64,000 bases of DNA from Azolla caroliniana (taxonomy: Eukaryota; Plantae; Polypodiophyta). The stretch is from positions 13,950,001-14,014,000 of the forward strand of contig JBHGNT010000017.1 of assembly GCA_043228905.1 (NCBI GenBank). The letters run 5' to 3'. Below, piece after piece: positions 63,754 to 64,000 of this stretch; position 1 is the stretch's first letter; each line of letters begins with the position of its first letter. The translations under genes were made by a program, and so were the position numbers. The notes beneath the pieces were generated by a model. It was given only the letters and a program-made list of their open reading frames with translations, ran no database searches and was not told the DNA's origin.

Positions 63754-63960
63754 CTATTTTTTCTTGCTCTTTGCAAATGAAGCTGCACTTCCTGGTGCCC
63801 CGACTCCTCGCTTTTTCTTATTAGTAGGTACTTGTGTCTGCGCTTCAAAGTTATCAAGTTCCTCAACAGCTTTCCTTTCAGCAACTTCACAAAATTTCAA
63901 AAAAAAGAGAGGCAACAGGCTCAGTTCAAATTCAAACCAAGAGTGAATTATCAGAATGCC
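63754..63960 (-). CDS. Possible terminal coding exon of an unidentified gene entering from the right edge
   Basis: Protein-like charged sequence EVAERKAVEELDNFEAQTQVPTNKKKRGVGAPGSAASFAKSKKK* with NLS-like basic clusters; family not recognised. Confidence 0.4.
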   Translation of the reverse strand, partial: GILIIHSWFEFELSLLPLFFLKFCEVAERKAVEELDNFEAQTQVPTNKKKRGVGAPGSAASFAKSKKK

Positions 63961-64000
63961 ATAATTCTGAAGAGCCATTCCAAGTTTTCAAAATAAAACA

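Overview
Eukaryotic, AT-rich, transposon-dense plant nuclear DNA. It is most likely a fern or another seed-free vascular plant (inference from intronless PLS-class PPR genes, a KP-like PPR C-terminus and self-priming Tcn1-like Gypsy elements). Host genes: first coding exon of a PP2C (minus, ~0.2-0.4 kb), a 5-exon GDSL esterase/lipase (minus, 43.7-47.4 kb), two convergent PLS-PPR genes (54.0-59.9 kb) and a possible terminal exon at the right edge. From ~6.3 to 34.5 kb is a nest of degenerate Copia and Gypsy LTR retrotransposons, solo LTRs and a LINE. Inside it lies a disrupted DNA-transposon-like unit: a Sola-like DDD transposase and a divergent intron-containing ParB/Srx-fold gene, separated by ~22 phased 23-bp palindromes. 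Other notable structures are an L1 carrying a PPR fragment inside its target-site duplication, a decayed tRNA-Leu(AAG) repeat cluster, two RTEX/L2-like LINE copies in (CT)n microsatellites, and several LTRs with antisense tRNA-like A/B boxes. All family assignments come from reading motifs by eye, with no database search. Boundaries not fixed by TSDs or splice sites are approximate.
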